Of a DNA stretch of 64,000 nt, positions 1-10,889 are shown piece after piece. How positions within the stretch are numbered: position 1 is the first letter of the stretch; each line of letters begins with the position of its first letter. The translations under genes were made by a program, and so were the position numbers. Origin of the DNA: an uncultured Planctomycetaceae bacterium (GTDB lineage Bacteria > Planctomycetota > Planctomycetia > Pirellulales > PALSA-1355); contig CAWAUV010000008.1 of NCBI GenBank assembly GCA_963785305.1, positions 1,056,001 to 1,120,000 on the forward strand, read 5' to 3'. The notes under the pieces are model-generated. The model did not search any database. It was not told where the DNA came from and was given only the letters and a program-made list of their open reading frames with translations.

Positions 1-431
1 CGGACTTGCCGGTCGAAGAAGCGGCGTCGCTGGCCAAAATCTGCCGAGCCGCCGATTTCAGCCTCATCCAACTCGTCACCCCCACGACTCCGCCCGACAG
101 GGCCCTAGCCATCGCCGAGCGTTCGACCGGCTTTTTGTACTACGTGTCGGTCACCGGCATCACCGGCGAGCGAACCAAACTGCCGCCCGAACTGGCCGAA
201 AATGTCGCATGGCTGCGTTCAAAAACTCCGCTACCGGTCTGCATCGGATTTGGCATCGGCTTGCCCGAACATGTGCGGGCTCTGGCCGACGCCGCCGACG
301 GGCTGATCGTGGGCTCGGCGATCGTGCGGCGGATCGCCCAGGCCGGCGAGCGTTCGCGCAAGGAAGTTCTCGCCGATGTGGGCCAGTTCGTGGCCAGCCT
401 TGTCGAAGCGCTCGAGCCGGCTCGCGCGTAG
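1..431 (+). CDS. trpA: Tryptophan synthase alpha chain, 3' part (5' end outside window)
   Basis: Motifs LVTPTT, FLYYVSVTGITG, PVCIGFGI and ADGLIVGSA. Confidence 0.97.
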   Translation, partial: DLPVEEAASLAKICRAADFSLIQLVTPTTPPDRALAIAERSTGFLYYVSVTGITGERTKLPPELAENVAWLRSKTPLPVCIGFGIGLPEHVRALADAADGLIVGSAIVRRIAQAGERSRKEVLADVGQFVASLVEALEPARA

Positions 432-796
432 CGCGAAAACCGCTTTGCGCTGGGCGCCGCTGGGCGAGGCGCCCGGCGCAGCGCCAAGCGGCGCCAGCAG
501 CCTGGCGCTGCCGCGCCCTCGCGCGATCGTGCGCTTCGAACCTCGCCCTTCCGCCCGGCCGGCGCCCTTCTTTCGGGCTAAACATCTTGCGGAATTGAGC
601 TGCGCAAAGTAATGATAACTATAGGGTTATTCAATAATGTGATCTCACGGTATTGAACAAGCTCATACAAGGCGCCGTTGTTTGCCGATTTATTTATTGG
701 GCTGGGAAGGGTTTTTGCATCTTTGAGCGTGCGAAGCGTTTTCCGCCGGCCCGGGGGCACTGCCACTCCGGGCATCCTCCGAGGAGACCTAGGCCC

Positions 797-1339
797 ATGG
801 ATGCCGATCCGCGACGAGTTCCGCTGACAAATTTCTTCGCCGGAATCACCGAACAAGCATTCAAAGCGCGACTGGGCATGGCCGATCCGCCGCTGATCAA
901 CTATCTGGTCGATCTGCTAACCCGGTTTCTTCGGACCGACGCCATGTACGCCCTTCGCGATCTCGAGGGCCGGCGCCTTGGCCGCTTGGGCGATTTGCTC
1001 CTCGAAGCCGAGCAGCGGGTCGGCGACGCGCGGCGCCACATCTATCGCCACATCGGCGACTTCACGCTCTTTTGGTCGGGCGTCTATCCCGAAGCGCTAG
1101 CGGCGGCCCACGGTTTGGCGGGCGAAAACCGCCTGGGCGATTTCTTCGAACACGGCAAGCGCTCGTATCGCATCGCCAGCCAGATTCCCACCGAAGCCAA
1201 AACCGCGGAAAGCGAAAACGAGGTGCTCGAGCGGCTCAGCGAGGAGTTCGAGCTCTGCGCCTATGGCCTCGGCGAAGTCCGCCGCGAATGGGAACGCCGC
1301 GAAGGCGACGACGATCGCCGCATCACCGTGATCCTCTAG
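797..1339 (+). CDS. Conserved hypothetical protein (planctomycete-type)
   Basis: Likely ATG at 797 after GAGGAG; protein-like sequence with RHIGDFTLFWSGVYPE and GKRSY motifs. Confidence 0.75.
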   Translation: MDADPRRVPLTNFFAGITEQAFKARLGMADPPLINYLVDLLTRFLRTDAMYALRDLEGRRLGRLGDLLLEAEQRVGDARRHIYRHIGDFTLFWSGVYPEALAAAHGLAGENRLGDFFEHGKRSYRIASQIPTEAKTAESENEVLERLSEEFELCAYGLGEVRREWERREGDDDRRITVIL

Positions 1340-1492
1340 CAGCCTGTTGACAAATGCCATCGTGGCATTTGTCAACCTCGCCAAGCGCCGGGCAAAGCTC
1401 GTCGCGGCTCGCAAAATAACGACCTGGGTCGTTATTTTGACACCGCATCCATGCGGCGGCGCAGCCTGTTGAATATTTCAACAGGCTGCTAG
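1336..1492. mobile_element. MITE-like element of 157 bp with terminal inverted repeats and internal hairpins
   Basis: Starts CTAGCAGCCTGTTGA and ends TCAACAGGCTGCTAG; perfect stems at 1346-1376, 1412-1439 and 1461-1489; partial copies at about 13877-13901, 48316-48345 and 50651-50700. Confidence 0.75.
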
Positions 1493-1500
1493 ACGACAGG

Positions 1501-2292
1501 TCAAGCAGCGCAGCGCGCCGGAAGCTTTCCGCGGCGCGGCGTGGCGTCGAGCGTGGGCAAGAGCGATCCCTGCTCATCGACATCGAGTCGCACGAGGTTG
1601 GCTTGGCGGCGAATCGCCTCGCGGTGGCGGGGGTCGAGCAGTTTGAGGCCGCGCCCGGCGACGCCCACATTGCGCCGTGTCTCGGCTTCGCCCGCCTTCC
1701 GCAGCGCCGCCGCGACGCGTTCGGACCCGAGCTCGAAGCGGTAGAAGCGCAAGGCGGCGGTAAGCTGACCCGCAGGGTCGGCCACCAAGTCCTCATAACG
1801 CAGCGGCAGCATTTCAACGCGACCGACCGCCTCGCGCCACGAAAGATAAAAGTTGAAATACCAGGGCAAATGGGCCGCGATCAAATAATCCATGCGCTCG
1901 GCGAACTTCATGCCGGCGTAGGCAGCCGAGATCACGCCGCAGGGCAGCGAATGCGCGTCACGATCGTAGTGGTCATGGAGCGAGACCACCACATCGAACA
2001 AGCTTCGCGTCTGCACGATCGGACGAATGCCGAACTGCTCGAGCAGCGCGAGATTGTCTTGCGTGGCCTTGAAATGCTGCTGCGCCACGGCGCGGCGCGC
2101 ATGCCGCCGGAGCTTTCGTCGGGCAAGGTCTTGTTCGCGCTGCGGCCCCAGCTCCGCGAGATATGCTTCCGGAAGTCCAGTCGCGGCCTGGAGCAGTTTG
2201 CTCAAGTAGGTCGATCCCGACTTCGGAAAACAGGCGATCAAGAGATCGTCGAAGGGCCGCCGACGAAGAAGTGCGCGAAGTCCGCGAAACAT
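1501..2292 (-). CDS. Sulfotransferase domain protein
   Basis: PAPS-binding loop ACFPKSGSTY, RSLFDVVVS and LRYEDL motifs. Confidence 0.85.
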   Translation of the reverse strand: MFRGLRALLRRRPFDDLLIACFPKSGSTYLSKLLQAATGLPEAYLAELGPQREQDLARRKLRRHARRAVAQQHFKATQDNLALLEQFGIRPIVQTRSLFDVVVSLHDHYDRDAHSLPCGVISAAYAGMKFAERMDYLIAAHLPWYFNFYLSWREAVGRVEMLPLRYEDLVADPAGQLTAALRFYRFELGSERVAAALRKAGEAETRRNVGVAGRGLKLLDPRHREAIRRQANLVRLDVDEQGSLLPTLDATPRRGKLPARCAA

Positions 2293-2382
2293 GAGTGATC
2301 CCTTTTCGAAAATATTGCATGCGTCGGTTGGATAATCGGTTCGAAATATCCTGCCGTTGCAACTCGAGGTTCTCGCCTGGCG

Positions 2383-3432
2383 TCAGGCGCATTGCTTTCG
2401 ACCAGCCGATCGACTCAGTAGCGTGTCGCACGCCGCGGTCACGTCGTCGACCGAGATTGCCCGCATCGTGGCGTCGCTGGCCGAGCGGCGGCCGCGGCTG
2501 CCACCCGTGAGCGTGGCCTTTTGAATGCCGAGATGCGCCGGGCCATAGGGACCGTTGCGCTCGACCGGCATGGGTCCAAACAGTCCGACCGAGGGCGTGC
2601 CCACGGCCACGGCCAAATGCAGCGGCCCGGTATCGGCGCTCACGAACAGCGCCGCCCGGCGAGCCAGCGCCGCGAGCTGCCGCAGGCTGGTCGCGGGAGC
2701 GAGCCGCGCATGGCCAGCCGACTGGGCGACGATCGCCTCGGCCATCGCGCGTTCCGTGTCGCCGGCCCAGGCCACGACCGAAGGCATCTCGCGCCGCGCT
2801 CCCAAATATCGGGCCACGCCGGCGAATCGCTCGGCAGGCCAGATTTTCGAGCGCCAACCGGCGCCGGGATTGATGAGCGCGAACCGCGGCCGCTCGGGCA
2901 GGGATCCGAATAACGTGTCGACAAGCGTTTCGCCCGCCGCGGCGTCGGCGGCGCTCTCGTGCCACCCGAAATCCGCGGCCGGGGCGCCAATACCCAGCGG
3001 CGCCAGCAGCTCGAGATTGCGATCGACCACATGGGTCGCATGGGGCGTGACCCGCTCGTTGTTCAGCCAGCGACTCAGTTCGCGGCCATCGTGTCCGTCG
3101 AAGCCGATTCGACGCCGCGCGCCCGAGAGCCGCGCGGCGATGGCGCTTTTGGTGAGCCCCTGCAGGTCGAGGGCGATATCGCAGTCGAGGTTTCGCAAGC
3201 GGCGGCGAACATCAAGGGCCGTGGCGGCGCGTCGCAGCCAGCCGCGCGGCGCGCGGACGATCGCATCGAGCGCCGGGTGGCCTTCGAGCAGTTCAGCGGC
3301 GCGGCCTTCCACGACCCAAGCTAGAAAAGCGCTGGGCCACTGGGACCTCAAGGCCATGAGCACCGGCAAGCCGTGAATCACGTCGCCAATGGCGCTCAAC
3401 CGCACAATGAGTATTTTGGGGGCGTCGCTCAT
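2383..3432 (-). CDS. Glycosyltransferase family 9 (LPS heptosyltransferase, WaaC/WaaF-like)
   Basis: ILIVRLSAIGDVIH, DLQGLTKS, K-x-WP and DTGPLHLA motifs. Confidence 0.93.
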   Translation of the reverse strand: MSDAPKILIVRLSAIGDVIHGLPVLMALRSQWPSAFLAWVVEGRAAELLEGHPALDAIVRAPRGWLRRAATALDVRRRLRNLDCDIALDLQGLTKSAIAARLSGARRRIGFDGHDGRELSRWLNNERVTPHATHVVDRNLELLAPLGIGAPAADFGWHESAADAAAGETLVDTLFGSLPERPRFALINPGAGWRSKIWPAERFAGVARYLGARREMPSVVAWAGDTERAMAEAIVAQSAGHARLAPATSLRQLAALARRAALFVSADTGPLHLAVAVGTPSVGLFGPMPVERNGPYGPAHLGIQKATLTGGSRGRRSASDATMRAISVDDVTAACDTLLSRSAGRKQCA

Positions 3433-3808
3433 CCGGCGGGCGGGGCAGCCGAGGCTGCAAAAAAGGAGGAAAGCGCGGGGGGCCGATTCCGGCTTTGGGC
3501 CGGTGCGATCATAGGAGCCGACCGCGAATCGCCCAAGAGGAGTTTTTCCGGAATTCGCCCGAGTGTCCGGCGCCCGCGACCCAGGCTTCCGCGGGCCGAT
3601 TATCCCGTGGAATCGGCGCGCGGCGCCGCTTCTCGTCTTCTAGCGGTTGGCGTCATTGTGTACATTTTTCCTATCGCGGCCCGCTTTCGCCGCGGCGCTC
3701 GGTGTTGGAAGAACGTGAACCCTTGCGACGGACCATCGCGGAAATCGACTTCGCCCACGGCGACAATTTTTCCTGCTTCCCCCTTGCCTGGAATTGCAAA
3801 CCTCGGTC

Positions 3809-4429
3809 ATGGCGCCATCGTTTCTGTATTTCGATCTCGGCAATGTCGTGCTGTACTTCGACCACGATCTCGCCTGCCGGCAGATGGCTGCCGTGGCTGG
3901 TGTCTCCGCCGAGCAGGTGCGGGAAGCTGTCTTTGCCGGCGAACTCCAGAAGAAGTACGAGCTCGGCGCGATCGACGATCGCGCGTTCTACGAAGGTTTT
4001 TGCGCGGCGACCGGCGCCCGGCCCGACATGGCGGCGCTCTTGCACGCGGGCTCGGATATCTTCCGCCTCAATGTGCCGCTGATGCCGGTAATCGCCGCGC
4101 TGGATCGCGCCGGCTACCGGTTGGGCCTGCTCTCCAATACCTGCGCGGCCCACTGGACCTTCTGCGGCCAGGGCCGCTACGGCATCTTGCACTTCGCTTT
4201 CCATGTCTACGCGCTCAGCTTCCAGATCGGGGCCTGCAAGCCCGATCCGAAAATCTACCAGGTGGCCGCCGAAATGGCGGGCGTGGCCCCGGAAAAGATC
4301 TTCTTTGTCGACGATATCGTAACCCATGTGACCGCCGCCCGCGCCGCGGGGTTCGACGCGGTGCATTTCACCGGCGTGCAAGACTTGGTCGAAGAACTGC
4401 GGGCCCGTGGCTTGAAATTCGCCTATTGA
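3809..4429 (+). CDS. HAD-family phosphatase (YihX-like)
   Basis: FDLGNV, LLSNT, KPDPKIY and FVDD motifs. Confidence 0.92.
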   Translation: MAPSFLYFDLGNVVLYFDHDLACRQMAAVAGVSAEQVREAVFAGELQKKYELGAIDDRAFYEGFCAATGARPDMAALLHAGSDIFRLNVPLMPVIAALDRAGYRLGLLSNTCAAHWTFCGQGRYGILHFAFHVYALSFQIGACKPDPKIYQVAAEMAGVAPEKIFFVDDIVTHVTAARAAGFDAVHFTGVQDLVEELRARGLKFAY

Positions 4430-4486
4430 GACCTGCCCCGGCGAGCGGCCAATCCCAAGGCGAGTGTTCCATCCTCGGAAGAGCGA

Positions 4487-4816
4487 TCAATCATTGCCGA
4501 GCGCGATGATCGCCATTCCCACCAAACACAAGGCCACGCCGAGCAGATCGGCCCGGCTCGGCCGCAGGCCATCGATCGCCCATAGCCAGCCGATGGCGAT
4601 GCTCACATACACCCCGCCATATGCGGCATAGACACGGCCCGCGGCGGCCGGATGCAGCGTGAGCAGCCACGAGAACAGCGCCAGGCTGAGCGCCGCCGGC
4701 ACAAGCAGCCAGGGCGATTTGCCCCGGTTCAACCAGAGATACGGCAAATAGCAGCCCGTGATTTCGGCCAGCGCGGTCACGGCGAACAGGATCGTGGTTG
4801 CCAGTAATCTCATCAA
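4487..4816 (-). CDS. ynfA: YnfA/UPF0060 small membrane protein
   Basis: AEITGCY and [11 protein letters not shown] motifs; four hydrophobic segments. Confidence 0.93.
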   Translation of the reverse strand: MMRLLATTILFAVTALAEITGCYLPYLWLNRGKSPWLLVPAALSLALFSWLLTLHPAAAGRVYAAYGGVYVSIAIGWLWAIDGLRPSRADLLGVALCLVGMAIIALGND

Positions 4817-4900
4817 CGACGCTCGCCCATGACGCTCAAGAAACGGACTAAGACCGGCGCTAGTGCATTGTCACAATTGAAATGACGGGTTGGATTGGTT

Positions 4901-4943
4901 CCGTGGCGCCGTGCCCACGGCCCTGCGTGGGCATGGAACACGG
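4901..4943. repeat. REP-like palindrome, single copy
   Basis: GTGCCCACG-GCCCTG-CGTGGGCAT hairpin; near-exact reverse complement of the copy at 50800-50825. Confidence 0.65.
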
Positions 4944-4972
4944 GGTTACCTATCATTTCAGCCGTGACAAAG

Positions 4973-6114
4973 CTAGGGTTGGTGCTCGATCAACCAATCT
5001 TCCAGAATCACATGCTCGACGAGCGGCGCTCGCAACAGCGCCACGCGCGATGGCAAAATCGCGTTGAGCCACGGCCGCGCCGCCGCCGCCGACATCGCCC
5101 GCAGCGAGAGCCCGCGCGGCGAATAACCTTGGAGCCGGGCATTTACGTTGTCGGAAAGACGCTGATAGGTGGCCGGAATCAGATTCGGCTCGGGCCCGAC
5201 ATGCACCACGGTCTTGATACCCGAGGCCAAGGTCTCGTAGACCGCTTCCCAGAGCCGCTGGGGTTGATCGATCCAGCGATAGAGAATCTCGCGAACATTG
5301 GTGTCGGTGTAATTCATCTTGCCGGTGACGAGCGAAAACACGGGTGGATTGGGCGCCCGCATGCCGCCGGCGAGCGTGTGCATCATCACTCCCGCGCGGT
5401 TCGAGATATTACGCTCCCACACCAGCGGCGTGTGCATCGGCGGCCAGCGATCCTTGTTTTTTCGCAGATACACGCGAGACGGAAATTCCTCGCGCATGCG
5501 CTCGGCGAAGCGGTCGATCGTGTCGCCTTGCCCGAGGAGCAGGCACGCATTCGGCGCGAGATACGACGACACCCCCACCACGCCGGCGCCTTCGGCGTTG
5601 ACCAAGAGACACAGCCGCGCACATCGTCGAGCTCGAGCACCGGCCCGCGCGAGAAGAGCACTCCCATCGTCACATCATGGGAGAGGGCCACGCAATCTTG
5701 GGCCATCGCCAGCGGCACATGGAGCGATTCTCGCATGTGAAACACGCCGCCGGCCGCGATCGCCGTGAGCTCGCCCAGGCTATAGCCATACGCCATTCGC
5801 GCTTGGCCATAGGGCGCCCCATGAAACTTCTCGAGCAACTCAAGCTGCGCCAGCGATACCGCCAAGACGATCCCGATCGCTTCGTCGTACGACGCGAGCG
5901 TGGTTTCTTCGTTGCGGCGAGCCCGGGCCACGAGATCGACCTGGCGACCGACCACGTCGCGGCAAATCTCCGACGCCTCGGCCAAATACCGCTCGACGAT
6001 CGGCCCGTATTGCGGCTGCGCGAGAAGCTCCGCGGTGCGGCCGAGATTGGTCGCGTTGTAACCGCGAAAAGCGAAGGCGGTGCTACTCAGTTGCTCGGGA
6101 AAGGCGGAAGGCAT
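4973..6114 (-). CDS. ACP S-malonyltransferase (FabD-like), frameshifted near 5615
   Basis: AFAFRG, GYSLGE (GxSxG nucleophile), PPMHTP and VHVGP motifs across two frames. Confidence 0.8.
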
Positions 6115-6240
6115 GGGGCCGATTCTGAAATGAAGCGCGATACTTGTCCAGTGGGGTCGGGGCGTGGTGTAGTATAAGAACACACGGAACCTACTCAAAC
6201 ACGCCGAATCGAGCCGCGAGTCCCCCGGAGAAATCGATCC

Positions 6241-7078
6241 ATGCCAACCCGGAGCGCCACCCGCGAACTCGCCGGCCATGTGGCGGTGGTGACTGGCGCG
6301 TCGAGCGGCATTGGGGCCGCGATCGCGCTGGCGCTGCGCCGAGCGCGGGGCCGCGTGTGTCGTGCATGCCCGGCGGAGCCGCGCCGCGGCCGAATCGATC
6401 GCCACCGCGATCCTCGCTCCTGGCGGCGACGCCACCGTGATACTGGCCGATGTGGCCTCGGGCGCCGATCGCGAACGGCTCATGGCCGAAGCTTGGCAAT
6501 GGCGCGGGCGAGTCGATCTTTGGGTCAACAACGCCGGCGCCGATATCTTGACAGGGCCGGCCGCCCACGGGTCGTTCGAGGAAAAGCTCGATCGGCTGTG
6601 GAACGTCGATGTCGGCGGCACGATCGCTCTGTCCCGCGCGGCCGGAGAGCGCATGCGCGCGGCGGGCGGCGGGGCGATTATCAATATCGGCTGGGATCAG
6701 GCCGCCACGGGCATGGCCGGGCCGAGCGGCGAGATGTTTGCCGCGGCCAAGGGCGCCGTCATGGCGTTTAGCAAAAGCTTGGCTCGATCGCTTGCCCCGC
6801 GAGTGCGGGTCAATTGCATCGCTCCAGGCTGGATTCGCACCGCTTGGGGCGAGGCGGCTAGTGACTACTGGGATCGCCGGGCTCGGGGCGAAGCATTGCT
6901 CGATCGCTGGGGCACGCCCGAGGATGTGGCCGCCGCGGCATGTTATCTCGCGTCGCCCGGATTGTTTCTCACCGGTTGCGTGCTGCCGGTCAATGGCGGC
7001 TTTCGCGGCGCCTTTGCCGAACCGCCGCCACAGGCTCCCCTAAAGCCCGATGCCGGCCCAACGCGAGACGCCTTGTGA
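6241..7078 (+). CDS. SDR-family oxidoreductase, frameshifted near 6335; catalytic motif reads FAAAK
   Basis: TGASSGIG, VNNAG, RVNCIAPG and G-x-PEDVA motifs. Confidence 0.9.
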
Positions 7079-8511
7079 ATCGCCCGCGAATCCATTTCGT
7101 CACCGGCCGGTTGGCCGAATTCTCGCTCCGCGCGGCGCTCGCGCCGCTGGCCGAGTCCGCGGGCTTCGAATATAGCGTCGAGGTGCTCAATATCACGGTC
7201 GCGGCGCTCATGACCACCGAATGGATCGCCAAGCGAATTCATGTGCCGCCCCACGCGGACCGGGTGCTGCTGCCCGGCTATGCGCTGGGCGATCTCGCGC
7301 CGATTGCCGCGCGAACCACGGCCAGGGTCGAACGCGGGCCCAAGGACCTTCGCCGGCTGCCGGAATTTTTTGGGCAATCCGGCGCTCGGCCGGCTGACTA
7401 TGGCGCCCACGATATTCAGATTCTCGCCGAGATCAATCATGCGCCGCAGCTTGCCTTCAGCGAGCTCATCGCCGAGGCTGATCGGCTGCGAGCCGCGGGG
7501 GCCGACGTGATCGATATCGGCTGCTTGCCGGGAGAAGTCTGGAACGACGTGGGCCCGGCGGTGCGGGAGCTCGTGGCCCGGGGACATCGGGTTTCGATCG
7601 ACAGCATGGCGCCAGTCGAGATTGCGGCGGCGACCAGCGCCGGGGCCGAGCTCGTGCTCAGCGTGAATTCGCAAAATCGCCACGCCGCGCTCGACTGGGG
7701 ATGTGAAGTGGTGGCCGTGCCCGACGATCCGCGGTCGCTCGGCGGGCTCGACGAGACCATCGAGTTTCTGGCCTCGGGCGGCGTGCCATTGAGAATCGAC
7801 CCGATTCTCGAGCCGATCGGGTTCGGCTTCGCCGCCAGCTTGGGTCGCTATCTTGAGATTCGCCGCCGCTATCCCGACGCGGAAATGTTGATGGGCATCG
7901 GCAATCTTACGGAACTGACCGACGCCGATTCCGCGGGAATCAATGTGCTCTTGCTCGGATTTTGCCAAGAGCAAGCGATTCATGGCGTGCTCACGACCCA
8001 AGTGGCGCCCTGGGCGCGCAGTTCGGTGCGCGAATGCGATCTCGCCCGGCGGCTTGTGTTTCACGCGGTCCGCCATCGCACATTGCCCAAGCGGCTCGAG
8101 CCGGGTCTCGTGATGCTCCGCGACACGCGCGCCCTCGAAATGGGCGTCGCGGCGCTCGATCGGCTCGCCGCCGAGATCAAGGATCACAACTATCGCATTT
8201 TTGTCGAGGGCGGAGCAGCTGCATGTACTCTCCGCCGGCCAGCACTGGACGGGCGACGATCCTTTCGCGCTCTTCGACATCGCGGCAGCGGCGGCCGAAC
8301 GACCGCTCGACGCGGCCACGCATGTTACCTGGGCTATGAGCTCGCCAAGGCGACCACCGCGCTCACCCTGGGCAAGGACTACCGGCAAGACGAAGCGCTC
8401 GACTGGGGTTTTCTCACGCGGCCCGAGACGCCGCATCGCGTGCGGCGCCGCACGCCACTCGAGCGCGCCGCGCCGGCCGCGCGAGCGGCATCCTTGCCGA
8501 CGGGGCGCTAG
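7075..8511 (+). CDS. Dihydropteroate-synthase-like protein (DUF6513/DUF4346, Orf20-like, H4MPT biosynthesis); compensating frameshifts near 8210-8325
   Basis: FVTGRLAE, RGPKDL, GADVIDIG, DPILEPIGFG, GIGNLTELTDADS and YLGYELAKA..ALTLGKDYRQDE motifs. Confidence 0.85.
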   Translation: MNRPRIHFVTGRLAEFSLRAALAPLAESAGFEYSVEVLNITVAALMTTEWIAKRIHVPPHADRVLLPGYALGDLAPIAARTTARVERGPKDLRRLPEFFGQSGARPADYGAHDIQILAEINHAPQLAFSELIAEADRLRAAGADVIDIGCLPGEVWNDVGPAVRELVARGHRVSIDSMAPVEIAAATSAGAELVLSVNSQNRHAALDWGCEVVAVPDDPRSLGGLDETIEFLASGGVPLRIDPILEPIGFGFAASLGRYLEIRRRYPDAEMLMGIGNLTELTDADSAGINVLLLGFCQEQAIHGVLTTQVAPWARSSVRECDLARRLVFHAVRHRTLPKRLEPGLVMLRDTRALEMGVAALDRLAAEIKDHNYRIFVEGGAAACTLRRPALDGRRSFRALRHRGSGGRTTARRGHACYLGYELAKATTALTLGKDYRQDEALDWGFLTRPETPHRVRRRTPLERAAPAARAASLPTGR

Positions 8512-8539
8512 CGAATCGGATTCGACCGGTGACGGCGCC

Positions 8540-10016
8540 ATGACTAGCCATTCCGATTCCGATCGCGACGAATTTCCGCTGGTCGTGCGAATCGAGCCGC
8601 CGGCGATGGGCGAGGCATTTCGTCGCTTGGCCGGCAGGCGGCATTGTCTGTTTCTCGACAGCGCGCGGCCCGACGCGAGGCTCGGGCGATATTCATTCCT
8701 CGCGGCCGATCCGTTCGCATGGCTCGAAAAGCCGGCGGCCTCGGAGGCAATCGCCTTGAACCGGTCCTCGGGCCACGATTCGCTCCACGAGCTCGAGGAC
8801 ATACTGGCCCGTTTTCCAACGCCGGCACGCGAAGAGCTTCCGCCCTTTCAAGGCGGCGCGGCGGGGCTATTTGGCTATGAGTTGGCCCATGAGTTCGAGC
8901 GCTTGCCGCGAGCCCGGCACGATGAGTTTCGCGCGCCGGCTTTGGCCGTGGGGCTCTATGATGTGGTGCTGGCGGTCGACCATTCCTCGGGCGCCGCCTG
9001 GATCATCTCGCAAGGCTTTCCCGAAACAGAGCCGCGTGCTCGCCGCCGCCGGGCCCGCGAGCGGCTCGAGGAATTCGCCGCGTGGCTCGCCGCGCCGCCG
9101 ACGCCGCTTGACTGGCCCGAGCCCGCGAGCGTTTCGGCGCCGGGCGGAGTCTCACTCGCGCTCGACGAGCTCGCGCCGTGTTTTCCCGCGGCGGGTCCCG
9201 TCGGGCTGGTGAGCAATTTTTCGCGCGAAGGCTATTTGAGGGCCGTTGCCCGGGCCACCGAATACATTCGCGCCGGCGATATTTTCCAAGTGAACCTTTC
9301 GCGGCGATTGTTGTATCCGGCCCGGGAGCATGCGGCCGAGCTATATCTACGCCTGCGCGAGCGGAACCCAGCGACGTTCGCGGCGTATTTCGACACCGGC
9401 GACGTTTCAACTCGCGAGCGCATCGCCCGAGCGTTTTTTGCAGATTCGCGGCGGCCATGTCGAAACGCGTCCGATCAAGGGCACGCGTCCGCCGCGCCGC
9501 CTCGCCCGAGGCCGATCTTTTCGCGGGCGACGATCTCTTGCAAAGCGAGAAGGACCGGGCCGAGAATGTGATGATCGTCGACCTACTGCGCAACGATCTG
9601 GCCCGCGTGTGTCGGCCCGAGAGTGTGCGGGTCACGCAACTTTGCCGCTTGGAGAGCTATGAGTTCGTGCAGCACTTGGTTTCGGCGGTGGAAGGCGAGT
9701 TGGCGATGGGGCGCTCGCCGCTCGATTTGATGCGCGGCGTTTCCGGGGGGATCGATCTCGGGAGCGCCGAAGATTCGCGCGATGGAGATCATCGCCGAAC
9801 TGGAGCCGACGGCACGCGGGCCCTATTGCGGCTCGCTCGGCTATTTGGGGTTCGATGGCTCGCTCGACACGAGTATTCTGATTCGCACCATCACCGCCGG
9901 GCGCGGTTGGTGGCAAGCGCCGGTCGGCGGCGGCATCGTGGCCCAAAGCGTGCCCGGAGCGCGAATACGAAGAAACATGGCACAAAGCGATCGGGCTGGT
10001 GCGCTCGTTGATATGA
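8540..10016 (+). CDS. pabB: Aminodeoxychorismate synthase component I, several frameshifts
   Basis: [48 protein letters not shown] and GGGIV motifs across frames. Confidence 0.88.
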
Positions 10017-10073
10017 CGGCAGAATCGCAGCGACAAACGGCCGCGGGCAGGATGCGACGCGTTCGATCGGCTG

Positions 10074-10889
10074 TTACGCGGCGATAAGCCGGGCCTTGCG
10101 GCGGCGAACCGCGGCCGCCGCGAATGCCGAGGCGCCGAAGATCAACATCGCCAGGGTCGAAGGCTCGGGAACGGCCGATACCGCGAGATTGTTGAATTGG
10201 CCCTCGTCGGGGCTCAAGTTCGCGCCACTGCTGTTATAAAAGAGCTGGAACTGGGAAATGCCCGAGGTGTTGTTGATCGCGCCGGTGATCGTGTCGGTCC
10301 CACCCGTCACGCTGCTGCCGCTAATGGTTAATTGATAATCGCCGACCGCATCCAAAAGCGTAAAGACGACATTATCGAGTTTTTCAAAGTTGTAAGTCAC
10401 CGGGGTAATCTTGGTCCCGTTGTTGTTGAGGTCGGTATAGAAATTGTTACTGCTCCCACCTTCCACAAAGAGGCTGAACAATGTATTCCCGCTCGAGTCT
10501 TGCAAGCTGAATCCGACGTTCGTTCCGGTCTTGGCCTGTGCCGGGGCGGTGGTGATATCGAAAGACTGTCCAGGCTGGAGCACGCCGCCGGTGAGCGACC
10601 GGGTCGCGGTGACGTCGCCGACGTAGCCGCTCGTAAAGCCGACGGTAAAGTAGGAGCCGGGTTCGTTCGCGCCCATGGCTCCCGATTGCACAGTCCCGAA
10701 GCTGCCGCTCGGCGTGGTGTCGACGGTCCACGATCCGAACCCGGATCCACCATTGGCGCCATCAAAACCGTTGCCCGACGTGTAATTCGAGGCTGCGTCC
10801 GACGCGATGTTCGACGCCGAAGCATGCGACGCGAGCGACAACGCGGCGATCGCGAGCAGTTGGGCCAACGCAATGCGGAAAAATCTCAT
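10074..10889 (-). CDS. PEP-CTERM sorting domain protein
   Basis: Signal peptide; C-terminal VPEPST, hydrophobic helix and RRRK. Confidence 0.93.
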   Translation of the reverse strand: MRFFRIALAQLLAIAALSLASHASASNIASDAASNYTSGNGFDGANGGSGFGSWTVDTTPSGSFGTVQSGAMGANEPGSYFTVGFTSGYVGDVTATRSLTGGVLQPGQSFDITTAPAQAKTGTNVGFSLQDSSGNTLFSLFVEGGSSNNFYTDLNNNGTKITPVTYNFEKLDNVVFTLLDAVGDYQLTISGSSVTGGTDTITGAINNTSGISQFQLFYNSSGANLSPDEGQFNNLAVSAVPEPSTLAMLIFGASAFAAAAVRRRKARLIAA

